Shown: positions 1 through 9,478 of the stretch, piece after piece
Layout: every line of letters starts with the position of its first letter
Position numbering within the stretch: the first letter of the stretch is position 1
NCBI GenBank assembly: GCA_965243315.1
Contig: CBDEUP010000007.1
Span: 664,221-728,220 of the forward strand
From: Alphaproteobacteria bacterium
GTDB taxonomy: Bacteria > Pseudomonadota > Alphaproteobacteria > UBA828
Reading direction: 5' to 3'
Length of the DNA: 64,000 nucleotides
The notes under the pieces: model-generated
Databases searched by the model: none
The model's input: only the letters and a program-made list of their open reading frames with translations
What the model was told of the DNA's origin: nothing
Program-made: the position numbers and the translations under genes

Positions 1-210
1 TTCGAGGCGCTCAAGATGGAGACCAGCCTCGCGCTCCTCGGCTCGGACGTGGTCATCGGCGTGCCACCGATGGAAGACGGCTTCGTCGCCATCCCCGACG
101 TGCCCGGCCTCGGCGTGGAGATCGCGCCCGGCGCGGCGGAGGGCCGCCCACCGATCCAGCGCCCCGTCACCATGCGCCCGCACCGCGACGGCTTTGTCGT
201 CGACCAATAG
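1..210 (+). CDS. 3' end of an enolase-superfamily (mandelate racemase / muconate lactonizing enzyme family) gene; the 5' part lies outside the window
   Basis: The reading frame is open from base 1. The C-terminal motif DGFVAIPDVPGLGVEIAPG matches the conserved MR/MLE C-terminal D-G-x-x-x-x-P-x-x-P-G-L-G-[VI]-E pattern. Confidence 0.5.
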   Translation, partial: FEALKMETSLALLGSDVVIGVPPMEDGFVAIPDVPGLGVEIAPGAAEGRPPIQRPVTMRPHRDGFVVDQ

Positions 211-1507
211 CCCGCCGAGCGATGCACGCGGGGTCGTGGCCCATGCGCTTGGCGCGATCCTGCGCGAAGGCCGCACCCTAGATCAGGCGCTCGCCGCCGC
301 GCCGGGGCTGGATGCCCTTCCCTCCCGCGACTCCGCCTTCGCGCGCCTGCTGCTGCTCACCACGCTCCGCCGCCTGGGCCAGATCGATGCCTTTCTGGCC
401 CGGCTCATGGACCGGCCCTTACCGGCGCGGCGGGGAGCGGTGCAGGACCTGCTACGTCTGGGTATCGCGCAGCTCGCCTTCCTCGAAACACCTGCACATG
501 CGGCGGTGGCGAGCACCGTGGCGCTTGCGCAAGGCCAGCGGCTCGCGCCCTATCGGGGGCTGGTGAACGCAGTGCTGCGCCGCGCCGCCCACGGGCACGG
601 CGCCATCGCCGAACTCGACGCGCCCCGTCTCAACACGCCGGACTGGCTCTGGAATAGCTGGGCCGAGGCCTATGGCGAGGCGCGCTGCCGGGCCATCGCC
701 GAAACCCACCTGAACGAGCCGCCGCTCGACCTCTCGCTTGTGTCCGACACGCCGGAACGTGTCACGGAGCTTTGCGCGGCGCTCGGCGCGCGGCGCCTCC
801 CCGGCGGCAGCCTGCGGCTGCGCGGCGCCGGCGACGTGACGCGCCTCGCGGGTTATGACGCGGGTGAGTGGTGGGTGCAGGATGCGGCGGCGGCGTTGCC
901 GGCTCGCCTCCTCGGCCCGGTCGCTGGAAAGCGGGTGCTGGAGATCGGCGCCGCCCCCGGCGGCAAGACCGCGCAACTCGCCGCCGCCGGCGCACGCGTG
1001 GCCGCCGTCGACCGCTCCGCCCCGCGTCTCGCCAGGCTTAGGGAGAATCTCGGCCGGCTCCGCCTCGAGGCCGAGGTCGTGGAAGCCGATGCACTGGATT
1101 GGCAGCCAACCGAACCCTTCGACACGGTGCTCCTCGATGCGCCCTGCACCGCGACAGGGACGATTCGGCGCCATCCCGATATTCCGCACCTTCGCGGCCC
1201 CGCCGACGTGGACCGCTTAGCTGATCTGCAGGGCCGGCTGCTCGCGCATACCGCAGCCATGGTGGCGCCGGGCGGTCTCCTGGTCTACGCGAGCTGCTCG
1301 CTTCAACCGGAGGAATGCGAGCAGCGTGTAGAAATATTCCTCGCATCCGCGCCCGAGTTTTCGCGCCTCCCGGTGCGTGCCGGCGAGCTTGAAGGCTTGA
1401 GTGAGGCCGTCACCACGGCCGGCGATCTGCGCACCTTGCCGTACCATTGGGCGGAGCACGGCGGGATGGACGGCTTCTACGCCGCGCGCTTGCGGCACCT
1501 TCCCTAA
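194..1507 (+). CDS. rsmB: 16S rRNA (cytosine-C5)-methyltransferase RsmB/Sun
   Basis: 437 aa. N-terminal NusB-like region, a SAM methyltransferase fold (LEIGAAPGGKT) and the Nop2/Sun catalytic motif DAPCTATGTIRRHPD. Confidence 0.85.
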   Translation: MSSTNSPPSDARGVVAHALGAILREGRTLDQALAAAPGLDALPSRDSAFARLLLLTTLRRLGQIDAFLARLMDRPLPARRGAVQDLLRLGIAQLAFLETPAHAAVASTVALAQGQRLAPYRGLVNAVLRRAAHGHGAIAELDAPRLNTPDWLWNSWAEAYGEARCRAIAETHLNEPPLDLSLVSDTPERVTELCAALGARRLPGGSLRLRGAGDVTRLAGYDAGEWWVQDAAAALPARLLGPVAGKRVLEIGAAPGGKTAQLAAAGARVAAVDRSAPRLARLRENLGRLRLEAEVVEADALDWQPTEPFDTVLLDAPCTATGTIRRHPDIPHLRGPADVDRLADLQGRLLAHTAAMVAPGGLLVYASCSLQPEECEQRVEIFLASAPEFSRLPVRAGELEGLSEAVTTAGDLRTLPYHWAEHGGMDGFYAARLRHLP

Positions 1508-1526
1508 GCTGGTACCAGACCTCGCC

Positions 1527-2258
1527 ATGCAGCAGGAGCTCCGGATTGCGGCGTCCGTTCTGGCGGCGGACTTCTCGCGCCTTGGCGAGGAGGTGCGGGC
1601 GGTCTCAGACGCGGGTGCGGACTGGCTGCACGTCGATGTTATGGATGGCCACTTCGTGCCCAACCTGACCATCGGCGCGGGTGTCGTCGCGGCGCTCAGA
1701 CCACACAGCACGCGGCCCTTCGACGTGCACCTGATGGTCTCGCCGGTCGATCCCTACATCGAGCCCTTTGCCGAGTCCGGCTCCGACAGCATCACCGTTC
1801 ACGTCGAGGCGGGAGCCCACTTGCACCGCACGCTCCAACGCATCAAGAGCACGGGCAAGCGGGCCGGGGTCGCGCTCAATCCGGCGACACCGGCTCACGC
1901 GGTCGAGCCTGTGCTCGGCGATGTCGATCTCGTTCTGGTGATGTCCGTCAACCCGGGATTCGGTGGCCAGCGGTTCATTCCAAGTCAGCTGGCCAAGATC
2001 GAACAGCTCAGGGCGCTCATCGACGCAAGCGGGCGTGCCATTGACCTCTCCGTCGACGGCGGCATTGATGAGCACACGGCCGGCCTTGCCGCACGCGCCG
2101 GCGCCGATGTGCTGGTCGCGGGCTCCGCAAGCTTTGCCGGCGGCCGGGCCGAGTATCCCGGCAATATCGCGCGACTGAGGGCAGCCGGAGAGGCGGGACG
2201 AGCGGCCTCGCACGGCGCTCGGACGGGGCCGCGCGCAATCGGCGCGGCGACCTCCTAA
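1527..2258 (+). CDS. rpe: ribulose-phosphate 3-epimerase
   Basis: The translation has the hallmark Rpe motifs (LHVDVMDGHFVPN, VHLMV, VMSVNPGFGGQ, SVDGGI). The start is taken at the internal ATG (Met43 of the track ORF, by codon arithmetic) rather than the ORF-track start at 1401. Confidence 0.9.
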   Translation: MQQELRIAASVLAADFSRLGEEVRAVSDAGADWLHVDVMDGHFVPNLTIGAGVVAALRPHSTRPFDVHLMVSPVDPYIEPFAESGSDSITVHVEAGAHLHRTLQRIKSTGKRAGVALNPATPAHAVEPVLGDVDLVLVMSVNPGFGGQRFIPSQLAKIEQLRALIDASGRAIDLSVDGGIDEHTAGLAARAGADVLVAGSASFAGGRAEYPGNIARLRAAGEAGRAASHGARTGPRAIGAATS

Positions 2259-2272
2259 CCCCACCCGGCCCC

Positions 2273-3934
2273 ATGGGCGCGAGCGACGGGCAGGCCTCGG
2301 CGGTCTTTCTCGGTGCCCTGCGCTGGTTCCGCAACCGCGCTTCGGAGCCGCGGCGGCGCGGTGCGGCCCACCGGCTTGTACATCGATCGATCGACCCCGT
2401 GCCCGGCGTCGCCGGGCGGGGCGATGCGCTGGTTGCGGGTCTCTACGAGTTTGGCGGCCAAGCGGTCCGCGCCACCGAGGTCGGCGAGCGCGGCGAGACG
2501 CCCTGGCGCCATCGGGAAGCCGGCGACCACTGGCTTGCCGAGCTCCACGGCTTCGACTGGCTGCGCGATTTGCGCGCGGCGGGCACCCGCCTGGCTACCG
2601 AGCGCGGCCGCTCCATGGTGCTCGACTGGCTGCAGCAGCATCGCTCGCTCGACAACACGGCGGCGTGGACGCCGGAGGTCATCGGACGACGCCTCTCGGC
2701 TTGGCTCGCCCATGGCGAACTCTTGCTGCAAGGCGCCGACGACGAATTCACCCAGCGCTTCCACCAGGCGCTCCACCTTCAGGCTCGCCATCTGGCGCGG
2801 ACCGCCCGCAACGCCGGCGAAGGGCTACCGCAACTGCTCGCCTATCGGGGGTTGATCGAGAGCGGGCTCTGCCTTCCCGACGGCGAGCGCCGTGTCACCC
2901 AGGGCCTCAAGCTCCTGGAGGCGGCGCTGGCAGAGCAGGTGCTCGGCGACGGTGGCTATGTCGAGCGCAACCCGTCGACGCACCTGGCGGCAATCTGGTG
3001 CCTCGCGGGACTGCGCGCGACCCTTGACGCGAGCGAGCGCCCGGCGGGGCAGGCGCTCTCGGAGGCGATGGCCCGACTGGCGCTGTCGCTCCGCACGTTC
3101 CGCCACGGCGACGGCGGCCTCGCTCTCTTCAACGGCGGTATCGAGGAGGAACGGGGCCTGATCGACCTCGCCCTCAGCCGGGCGGCGGCCGGTAACGGAA
3201 CCGCCCCCTTCGATGCGCCCTATATGGGGTTCCGCCGCATCGACAGCAGACACTCCACCCTGATCGCGGACACGGGCGCGCCGTCGACCACCGGGCGTTG
3301 GACCCACGCCGGCACGTTGAGCTTCGAGATGAGCGCAGGCCGAGAGCGCCTCATCGTGAACTGTGGTGGCTGGCGCGGCGGTAACGCCGAGTGGCGCGAG
3401 GCGCTGCGTGGCACCGCGGCCCACAGCACGCTCGTGGTCGACGATACCAACACCGCGACCCTCGGCGAGGACGGCGCGATTGCCGACGGCCCGACCACGG
3501 TGAAGGTCGAGCGGCGCGATCAGGACGGCGCGACCTGGATCGACTCCAGCCACGACGGCTACCTCGAGACGCTCGGCCTGATTCACAGGCGGCGACTCTA
3601 CATGGGCCAAGAGGGCGCCGATGTGCGCGGTGAGGACACACTGACGCACACAAAGCGACGCAAGCAACGAGGCCGGGAATTCGCTTTGCGCTTCCACCTG
3701 CATCCCGAGGTGACGTGCGCGATGACCGAGGATCGGCGGGCCGTCCTCTTGCGACTCTCCAGCGGTGCGATGTGGCAGATGCGCGGCGCCGGCGCGTCGA
3801 TCAGCATCGACGAGAGCGTCTACGCCGGAGACGGCGTCACCCGGCGGCGCACCTCGCAGGTCGCGCTGACCGGCCCAATCGAGGACTCCACCACGGTCAA
3901 ATGGGCGTTCAAGCTGCTGCCGAAAGGGAACTAA
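2273..3934 (+). CDS. heparinase II/III-like family protein (conserved alphaproteobacterial protein found downstream of rpe)
   Basis: 553-aa ORF with strong codon bias. The sequence pattern (HWLAELHGFDWLRDL, GDGGYVERNPSTH) is typical of heparinase II/III-like proteins usually found next to rpe. Confidence 0.65.
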   Translation: MGASDGQASAVFLGALRWFRNRASEPRRRGAAHRLVHRSIDPVPGVAGRGDALVAGLYEFGGQAVRATEVGERGETPWRHREAGDHWLAELHGFDWLRDLRAAGTRLATERGRSMVLDWLQQHRSLDNTAAWTPEVIGRRLSAWLAHGELLLQGADDEFTQRFHQALHLQARHLARTARNAGEGLPQLLAYRGLIESGLCLPDGERRVTQGLKLLEAALAEQVLGDGGYVERNPSTHLAAIWCLAGLRATLDASERPAGQALSEAMARLALSLRTFRHGDGGLALFNGGIEEERGLIDLALSRAAAGNGTAPFDAPYMGFRRIDSRHSTLIADTGAPSTTGRWTHAGTLSFEMSAGRERLIVNCGGWRGGNAEWREALRGTAAHSTLVVDDTNTATLGEDGAIADGPTTVKVERRDQDGATWIDSSHDGYLETLGLIHRRRLYMGQEGADVRGEDTLTHTKRRKQRGREFALRFHLHPEVTCAMTEDRRAVLLRLSSGAMWQMRGAGASISIDESVYAGDGVTRRRTSQVALTGPIEDSTTVKWAFKLLPKGN

Positions 3935-4147
3935 GGCCTGTCCCCACACTATTGGCAAGACACGAAATCCCCTTGCAAAGCGCGCGACAATGGACCAACA
4001 AGGGGCCGGTCGGTTGCACGTGACCCTGATGTATCTTCGCTGACTGGCTCCAGCCGGGCCAAGCTACTCTAGAGACACGCTGCGCCTCTAATACCCGCGA
4101 TGCCGCTCAGCGCGGCGCGGGCGCTAAACTTTGTGAAAGGAGTAGTC

Positions 4148-4357
4148 ATGGCGACTGGAACGGTGAAGTGGTTCAACTCGGTCAAAGGCTACGGCTTCAT
4201 TCAGCCGAGCGACGGGTCCAAGGACGCTTTCGTCCATATTTCCGCTGTCGAGCGGGCGGGACTCACCAACCTGCGCGAAGGCCAGAAGGTCGAGTACGAG
4301 CTGACACCGGGGCGCGACGGCAGAGCGTCGGCGGAGAACTTGGTCGTTCTCGACTAA
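4148..4357 (+). CDS. cspA: cold-shock protein (CspA family)
   Basis: GTVKWFNSVKGYGFIQP...DAFVHISAV contains the RNP1/RNP2 cold-shock-domain motifs. An AAGGAG ribosome-binding site lies 8 nt upstream of the ATG. 69 aa. Confidence 0.92.
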   Translation: MATGTVKWFNSVKGYGFIQPSDGSKDAFVHISAVERAGLTNLREGQKVEYELTPGRDGRASAENLVVLD

Positions 4358-4497
4358 GTCCCGGCGGGACTCCCCCATCAAGCACCGGCAGCGGACGCTG
4401 CCGGGCAAGTCGACGTCACCCGTCGCCGGGAGCATCGGCGGCGCGAGGTCAAACGGGCGCGCCCCGCGGGCGCGCCCGCCGAGCCAATAGGAACGGA

Positions 4498-4734
4498 ATG
4501 GCACGCAAGCCCAACTATCGCTTCGCCCGCCTTGAACGCGAGCGCAACAAGGCCGCGAGAAAGGCCGAGCGCGCCAAGCTGAAAGCCGAGCGGGCGGAGC
4601 AGCGACGGCGGGAGAAGTCCGGCGAACTGGCCGACGGCGAGGCCGGCGAAGCCGTCGATGACGCTGCGGACCTTCCCGACGGTGCCTCGGACGAGTCCGC
4701 TACCGCCACGGCGCAGGATGAGAATCGCGCCTGA
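4498..4734 (+). CDS. small highly charged protein (basic N-terminal half with KAERAKLKAERAEQRRRE repeats, acidic C-terminal tail); function unknown
   Basis: 78-aa ORF downstream of cspA. Coding-like periodicity. No recognisable domain. Confidence 0.4.
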   Translation: MARKPNYRFARLERERNKAARKAERAKLKAERAEQRRREKSGELADGEAGEAVDDAADLPDGASDESATATAQDENRA

Positions 4735-4826
4735 TCGAGTCCTGATTCAGGGAATGGCGTTGACCGCGGGAACCATCCTCCCCTGAACGAATTTCGCGTC
4801 AGTCGGGCATTGTGTTCTCGTGCAGA

Positions 4827-5153
4827 CTAACGAACCTCGACGAGGACATCGCCTTCCTTGAGAGCGGATTCAATGGTCCGCAGATGCGGTGTCAGCTTGG
4901 CCCGAAGTGAGGCGTTGGCCGTGTTGCCGAAGCGCAGCCAAACCACCTGTAGTCCCTGGGAGTGACGCGCTCGCTCGGCGAAATCGGTATCCTTCGACCA
5001 GATGACTGCCCCCAACTCTCGTGCTTTGGCTTCGATCATGTCATCGGAGGCGGCGCGCAGGCCGAGATCATCGATATGCTTGGAAGGATAACCGTTCTCG
5101 GAAAGCCACCGGGCCAGGCCAGGGGGCAGCTGCGCGTCGATCAGGAATAGCAC
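4827..5153 (-). CDS. DUF5615 (PIN-like) family protein, the putative toxin partner of the DUF433 protein
   Basis: 108 aa. Sequence typical of DUF5615 proteins (MLFLIDAQLP...WLSENGY...H). Starts 2 nt after the stop of the upstream DUF433 gene. Confidence 0.65.
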   Translation of the reverse strand: MLFLIDAQLPPGLARWLSENGYPSKHIDDLGLRAASDDMIEAKARELGAVIWSKDTDFAERARHSQGLQVVWLRFGNTANASLRAKLTPHLRTIESALKEGDVLVEVR

Positions 5154-5155
5154 TG

Positions 5156-5398
5156 TCAGGCGGCGAGAATGATGCGATGCGCACTTGCAGCCGCGCCGTA
5201 GGCCAAGGCCGCCCTCAGGTCAGCTTCACTGAGGTATGGATAGTCGGCGAGAATCTCGTCCTTTGACACGCCTTCGGCCAACAGCTCCAGGATGTCGGCC
5301 ACCCTGACACGCGTGCCACGTATGTGCGGCCGTCCACCGCAGATCGAAGCATCGATGTGGATGCGGTCGCGAACCTCCGGGTCGTCTACCATGGACAT
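5156..5398 (-). CDS. DUF433 domain protein, putative antitoxin-like partner of the DUF5615 protein
   Basis: Conserved DUF433 core DASICGGRPHIRGTRVRVADILELLAEGVSKDEILADYPYLSEADLRAALAY. The start is taken at the internal Met (MSMVDDPE). The ORF track extends to 5494, so the true start is uncertain. Confidence 0.6.
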   Translation of the reverse strand: MSMVDDPEVRDRIHIDASICGGRPHIRGTRVRVADILELLAEGVSKDEILADYPYLSEADLRAALAYGAAASAHRIILAA

Positions 5399-5513
5399 GC
5401 TGGGCTCCTCGAGCAGCATCGTGAGGCAGCGGCAGAATACTGGACCAAGACGATCTCGTGTAGTTCGCAGCTGTGCGTCCGCGCGCCGGCCCAAGTCTTT
5501 CCTTGTAGCCTTG

Positions 5514-6227
5514 TCAGTTCCCGGTCCGGTGCGCCTTGGAGAGCTTGTCGGCGAGTCGCGTGGGCTCGGGCAGCCGATAGCGCGTGGCGCATCTGAGGGT
5601 TAGCGCCACTGCCGTCCTCAACGAGACCCGGTGCCCGGACGAGACGTAGACCGGCTTCACCCGCTCGCGGGTTCGCAGCACGGCACCGATCCGCTCTTCG
5701 GGCCGCATGCCCTTGTCGGCGATCAGCCACGCGACATCGCCCTTGGCCGGGCCGGGCTCGTCGTGAGAGCCGGTCAGCCGCGACTTCGCCACTCCGATGG
5801 TAGGCACGTCCAGCCATAGGCCCAAGTGGCAGGCGAGCCCGAAGCGGCGCGGATGGGCGTAGCCGTGGCCGTCGCAGAAGATCAGATCGGGCACAGTGGG
5901 GAGTTGCCGGAATGCCTCCAGCAAGGCCGGCACCTCGCGAAAGGAGAGCAGCCCCGGCACGTAGGGAAAGGTTGTCGGGCGCTCGAATAGAATCTGGTCC
6001 GTCACGTCCAATCCGGGATAGTTCAGCATCACGACCGCAGCCCGGATCGTGCGCCCGCCATCGGCGAAGGCGGCGTCCACCCCCGCCACCAGCCCGATCG
6101 CACGGCGCCCGCCGGAGCCGAAGCGGTCCGAGCGGACCACGTCGTTGGCGAGCGCCTTCTGCAGCGCAATGGCGTCCTTCGGCGACAGGTCCCACGCGTG
6201 GAGCGGCGCGTTGGTTGTCGCTCTCAC
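5514..6227 (-). CDS. nfi: endonuclease V (deoxyinosine 3'-endonuclease)
   Basis: The C-terminal 229 codons of track ORF 5514..6797 align with E. coli EndoV along their length (GVDAAF, YVPGLLSFRE, DGHGYAHPRRFGLACHLG, VPTIGVAKSRL, SSGHRVSL, YRLPEPTR). The only plausible start is a GTG whose TGA overlaps the RND permease stop (GTGA), at 6227 by codon arithmetic. The upstream part of the track ORF is merely the RND gene read in another frame. Confidence 0.8.
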   Translation of the reverse strand: MRATTNAPLHAWDLSPKDAIALQKALANDVVRSDRFGSGGRRAIGLVAGVDAAFADGGRTIRAAVVMLNYPGLDVTDQILFERPTTFPYVPGLLSFREVPALLEAFRQLPTVPDLIFCDGHGYAHPRRFGLACHLGLWLDVPTIGVAKSRLTGSHDEPGPAKGDVAWLIADKGMRPEERIGAVLRTRERVKPVYVSSGHRVSLRTAVALTLRCATRYRLPEPTRLADKLSKAHRTGN

Positions 6228-9200
6228 TCCGCGCTGGTCCCGCGCGGCGCGGGTCCATCCAGGGCTGCGCCCAGCTTCTCGCGCTTGCCCTGCTGGCGGG
6301 TTGCGACGATCGCCAGCAGCGGCGGGACGATCAGCAGCGTGAGCACGGCTGAGAGCGCGAGGCCGCCGATCACCACCGAGCCGAGCCCCCGATAGAGCTC
6401 TGACCCTGCGCCGGGGAACAGCACCAGCGGCAACATGCCGAACACGCTCGTGAGCGTCGACATGAAGATCGGCCGAATCCGGTTCCTGGTCGCGGAGACG
6501 ATGGCATCCGCGACCGCCATCTGCTCCTCCCGCATGTGAAACAGGGTCTGGTGGACGAGCAGGATGGCGTTGTTGACGACGATGCCGACCAGGATGACGA
6601 AGCCGAGCAGCGTCAGCATGTCGAGCGGCTGGAACGTGTAGGTATTGACCGCAGCAAGCCCCAGCACCCCGCCTGCAGCGGCGAGCGGCACCGAGAGCAT
6701 GATGACGAAGGGATAGACGAAGCTCTCGAAGAGCACGGCCATAATGAGGTAGACGATCGCGATGGCGACCACCAGATTGATCGCCATCGCGTCCCACGTA
6801 GCCTCGAGGTCGTCAGCGGTGCCTGACAGCCTGATCTTCACACCCGGCGGCAGTCCTCGCCCTTCCAACGCCTGAACGACGCCCGTCTCCAGCCTCTCCA
6901 GCGCGATCTCGAGCGGTATGTCCGCGGCGGGGCGGACTTCCAGGGTGATGGTGCGCTCGCGTTCGACGTGGCGAATCTTGGTCGGCCCCGCCGTGACGAC
7001 GATATCGGCGAGCGAACTGGCCGGCACGATGGCGCCCGCCCGCGTGACCACCGGCAGGCTTTCGATGCCCTGTGTGCGATCGACGTTGGCGTCCGGCCCC
7101 GCCAGTATCAGGTCGAACCGCTTGGCATCGATGGTCACCTCGTCCACCTTGAGGCCGTCGTTGTAGGCCTCGATCGTGGCGCCGAACTCGCGCGCAGAGA
7201 CCCCGTTGTCGCCAAGCTTGATGGGGTCGGGGAGCAGGCGCACCTCGGGCGCGCCAAGCTCCAGGCCGGGTTTGGGGCGGAACTGGTTGCCCTGGTCGAA
7301 GGGCAGCGCCTGGGCGACGAGGCCGGTCGCCTGCAGCGCGATTCCGAGCACGGTCTCCAGGTTCGGGCCCGAGATATCCACGTCGATCTTGCGCCCGCCG
7401 CCAATCCCGCGGCCGAACAGCGACGCCTGGCTGACGAAGCCGAAGGTGCCCGGCTCGAAGAATACCGGGGTGCGAATCGGGTCGATCAGCTCGCCAGCCC
7501 GGTCGGCCTCGACCGCGACCGCGCCCACGAAGGCCTGATCGCGGAAGGTCACGAAGAAGAAGCGCTCCATCTTCGGCGGCTCGCCCGGCTGGGCGTCCGG
7601 CCCGGTCTCGGAGCGCCAGAGAGGACGCACCGCGTCCTCGACCGAGCGCGCGATGCCCATGGTGGTTTCGAGGTTGTAGCCCGGCGGCGGCAGGAGGACA
7701 CCGAACACCAGGTTGCGGTTACCGGTAGGTAGATAATCGAGCCGAGGCAGCAGCAGCCACGACACGAAGAGCGCGCCACCGCAGACCACGATCGCCACGC
7801 CGGCGGCACGCAACCTGCGGCGCACGACCCATCCGGTGAAGGCCAGGACGACGCGGACGAACAGTGCCGCAAAATCATCGATGATCGGCAGGCGAAGCCG
7901 GTACGGCGGCGCGTCGTCGACCGCACGGGCCACTGGTGATCGGTCGACGCCGAAGATCTTGCGACCCAGGATTCGGCTCGCGAGGGAGGGAATGACGGTG
8001 CTCGCCACAATTAACGACAGGACGACCGAGACCGAGATTGCCACGGCGATGTCACGGAACAGCTGGCCGGCTTCCAACTCCATGACCAGGATCGGCACGA
8101 AGACCAGCACAGTGGTCGCGGCCGAAACGAATACCGCGCCCCAGACCTGCCGCGCGCCGTGGTAGGCGGCCTGGAGGCGCTCGTAGCCGTTCTGCCTCAG
8201 CCGGTAGATGTTCTCCAGCACGACGATCGCCGCATCGACCACCATGCCGACGGCGAAGGCGAGACCCGCGAGCGAGATCACGTTGATCGAGCGCCCCAGA
8301 AGCGCCATCGCCACGAACGAGCCCACGACCGAGACCGGAATTGCGATAGAAACGATCAGGGTCGCGGAGAAGGAGCGCAGGAACAGCAGCAGAATCAGCG
8401 CGGCCAGCGCGCCGCCCACGAAAATGTTTTGCTGCACCAGATCGATAGCGGAATTGATGTAGACGGTTTCGTCATAGACCTGTTCGAAGACGAGCCCAGC
8501 TTGCGGGATTGCTGCGGCGTTTAGTTCCGCCACGGCCTCCTTCACGCCCGCCATGGTCTCGATCACGTTGGCGCCGGTCTCGCGCACCGCGTTGACGGCA
8601 AGCGCAGGCTCGCCCAGCTGGCGGATGCGCGCGACGGGCTCCTTGTAGCGATAAGCGACTGAGGCGATGTCGCCCATGGTGACCCGGCCGAGCCGGCCCG
8701 AGAGAGGGTCGCTCTCCGAGCGCAGCACGACGCCGGCGACCCGCTCCGGCGTGTTGAGTTCGCCGTCGGTGCGCACCACGTAGCGGCGCTTGCCCTCCTC
8801 GACGTCGCCGGCGGAGATCGAGGCGTTGGATCGCCGCAGCGCGTCCGCGATTTCGGTCACGGTGAGGCCGTATTGCGCCATCCGGTCGGGATCGACGGTG
8901 ATGCGAAGCTCCCGCTTGGTGCCGCCGAACATGTTGACCCGCGCCACGCCCTGCACGCGCTCCAGGCGCTCCTGGATCACGTCCTCGACGAAGTCGCCGT
9001 AGGTGTGGATCGAGCGTTCGTTGCCGGGCTTGCGCGAGAGAATGAACCAGGCGATCGGCTGGTCCTCGGAGCCGGCGGAGCTGATCACCGGCTCGGCGGC
9101 ATCGTTCGGCTTGTCGGGCACGCGGTCCAACCTGTTGGCGACCAGCACGAGCGACCGATCCATATCGGTGCCGACGGCGAACTCCAGCTCGATCTCGCCC

Positions 9201-9463
9201 ACGCCGTCGTCGGCCGAGCCGATCATGCGGTTCAGCCCTTCGAGGCCTTTGAACACCTCCTCCTGCTGGGTGATGATCTCGCGCTCGACTTCGGCGGGGG
9301 CTGCGCCGGGCCAGAAGGTTTCGACGGTGAGGACCGGCTTGCGGACATCGGGCGTGAGCTGGATCGGGATCGTCTGCAGTGCGACGAGGCCGAACATGAC
9401 CACCATCAGGATCGCGGCGACGACCGCGATCGGCCGGTCGATAGCCAGCCTTATGAGGTTCAT
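6224..9463 (-). CDS. RND multidrug efflux permease (HAE1 family, AcrB/MdtB/MdtC-like)
   Basis: 1079 aa with a 12-transmembrane-helix pattern and two large periplasmic loops. Typical AcrB N-terminus MNLIRLAIDRPIAVVAAILMVVMFG. Confidence 0.9.
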   Translation of the reverse strand: MNLIRLAIDRPIAVVAAILMVVMFGLVALQTIPIQLTPDVRKPVLTVETFWPGAAPAEVEREIITQQEEVFKGLEGLNRMIGSADDGVGEIELEFAVGTDMDRSLVLVANRLDRVPDKPNDAAEPVISSAGSEDQPIAWFILSRKPGNERSIHTYGDFVEDVIQERLERVQGVARVNMFGGTKRELRITVDPDRMAQYGLTVTEIADALRRSNASISAGDVEEGKRRYVVRTDGELNTPERVAGVVLRSESDPLSGRLGRVTMGDIASVAYRYKEPVARIRQLGEPALAVNAVRETGANVIETMAGVKEAVAELNAAAIPQAGLVFEQVYDETVYINSAIDLVQQNIFVGGALAALILLLFLRSFSATLIVSIAIPVSVVGSFVAMALLGRSINVISLAGLAFAVGMVVDAAIVVLENIYRLRQNGYERLQAAYHGARQVWGAVFVSAATTVLVFVPILVMELEAGQLFRDIAVAISVSVVLSLIVASTVIPSLASRILGRKIFGVDRSPVARAVDDAPPYRLRLPIIDDFAALFVRVVLAFTGWVVRRRLRAAGVAIVVCGGALFVSWLLLPRLDYLPTGNRNLVFGVLLPPPGYNLETTMGIARSVEDAVRPLWRSETGPDAQPGEPPKMERFFFVTFRDQAFVGAVAVEADRAGELIDPIRTPVFFEPGTFGFVSQASLFGRGIGGGRKIDVDISGPNLETVLGIALQATGLVAQALPFDQGNQFRPKPGLELGAPEVRLLPDPIKLGDNGVSAREFGATIEAYNDGLKVDEVTIDAKRFDLILAGPDANVDRTQGIESLPVVTRAGAIVPASSLADIVVTAGPTKIRHVERERTITLEVRPAADIPLEIALERLETGVVQALEGRGLPPGVKIRLSGTADDLEATWDAMAINLVVAIAIVYLIMAVLFESFVYPFVIMLSVPLAAAGGVLGLAAVNTYTFQPLDMLTLLGFVILVGIVVNNAILLVHQTLFHMREEQMAVADAIVSATRNRIRPIFMSTLTSVFGMLPLVLFPGAGSELYRGLGSVVIGGLALSAVLTLLIVPPLLAIVATRQQGKREKLGAALDGPAPRGTSAE

Positions 9464-9478
9464 GGCGAGGGCGCGTCC

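Noticed and set aside
3935-4147. A sigma-70 promoter for cspA (TTGCAC ... TATCTT).
   Set aside because: The spacing is only 12 nt. No acceptable -35/-10 pair was found by eye. The cspA 5' UTR is probably long, and its promoter cannot be placed confidently.
5514-6797. A 427-aa minus-strand ORF spanning the EndoV gene and reaching far into the RND permease gene.
   Set aside because: Only the C-terminal 237 codons match endonuclease V. The upstream part is the 3' end of the RND gene read in another frame. The real start is the GTG at 6227.
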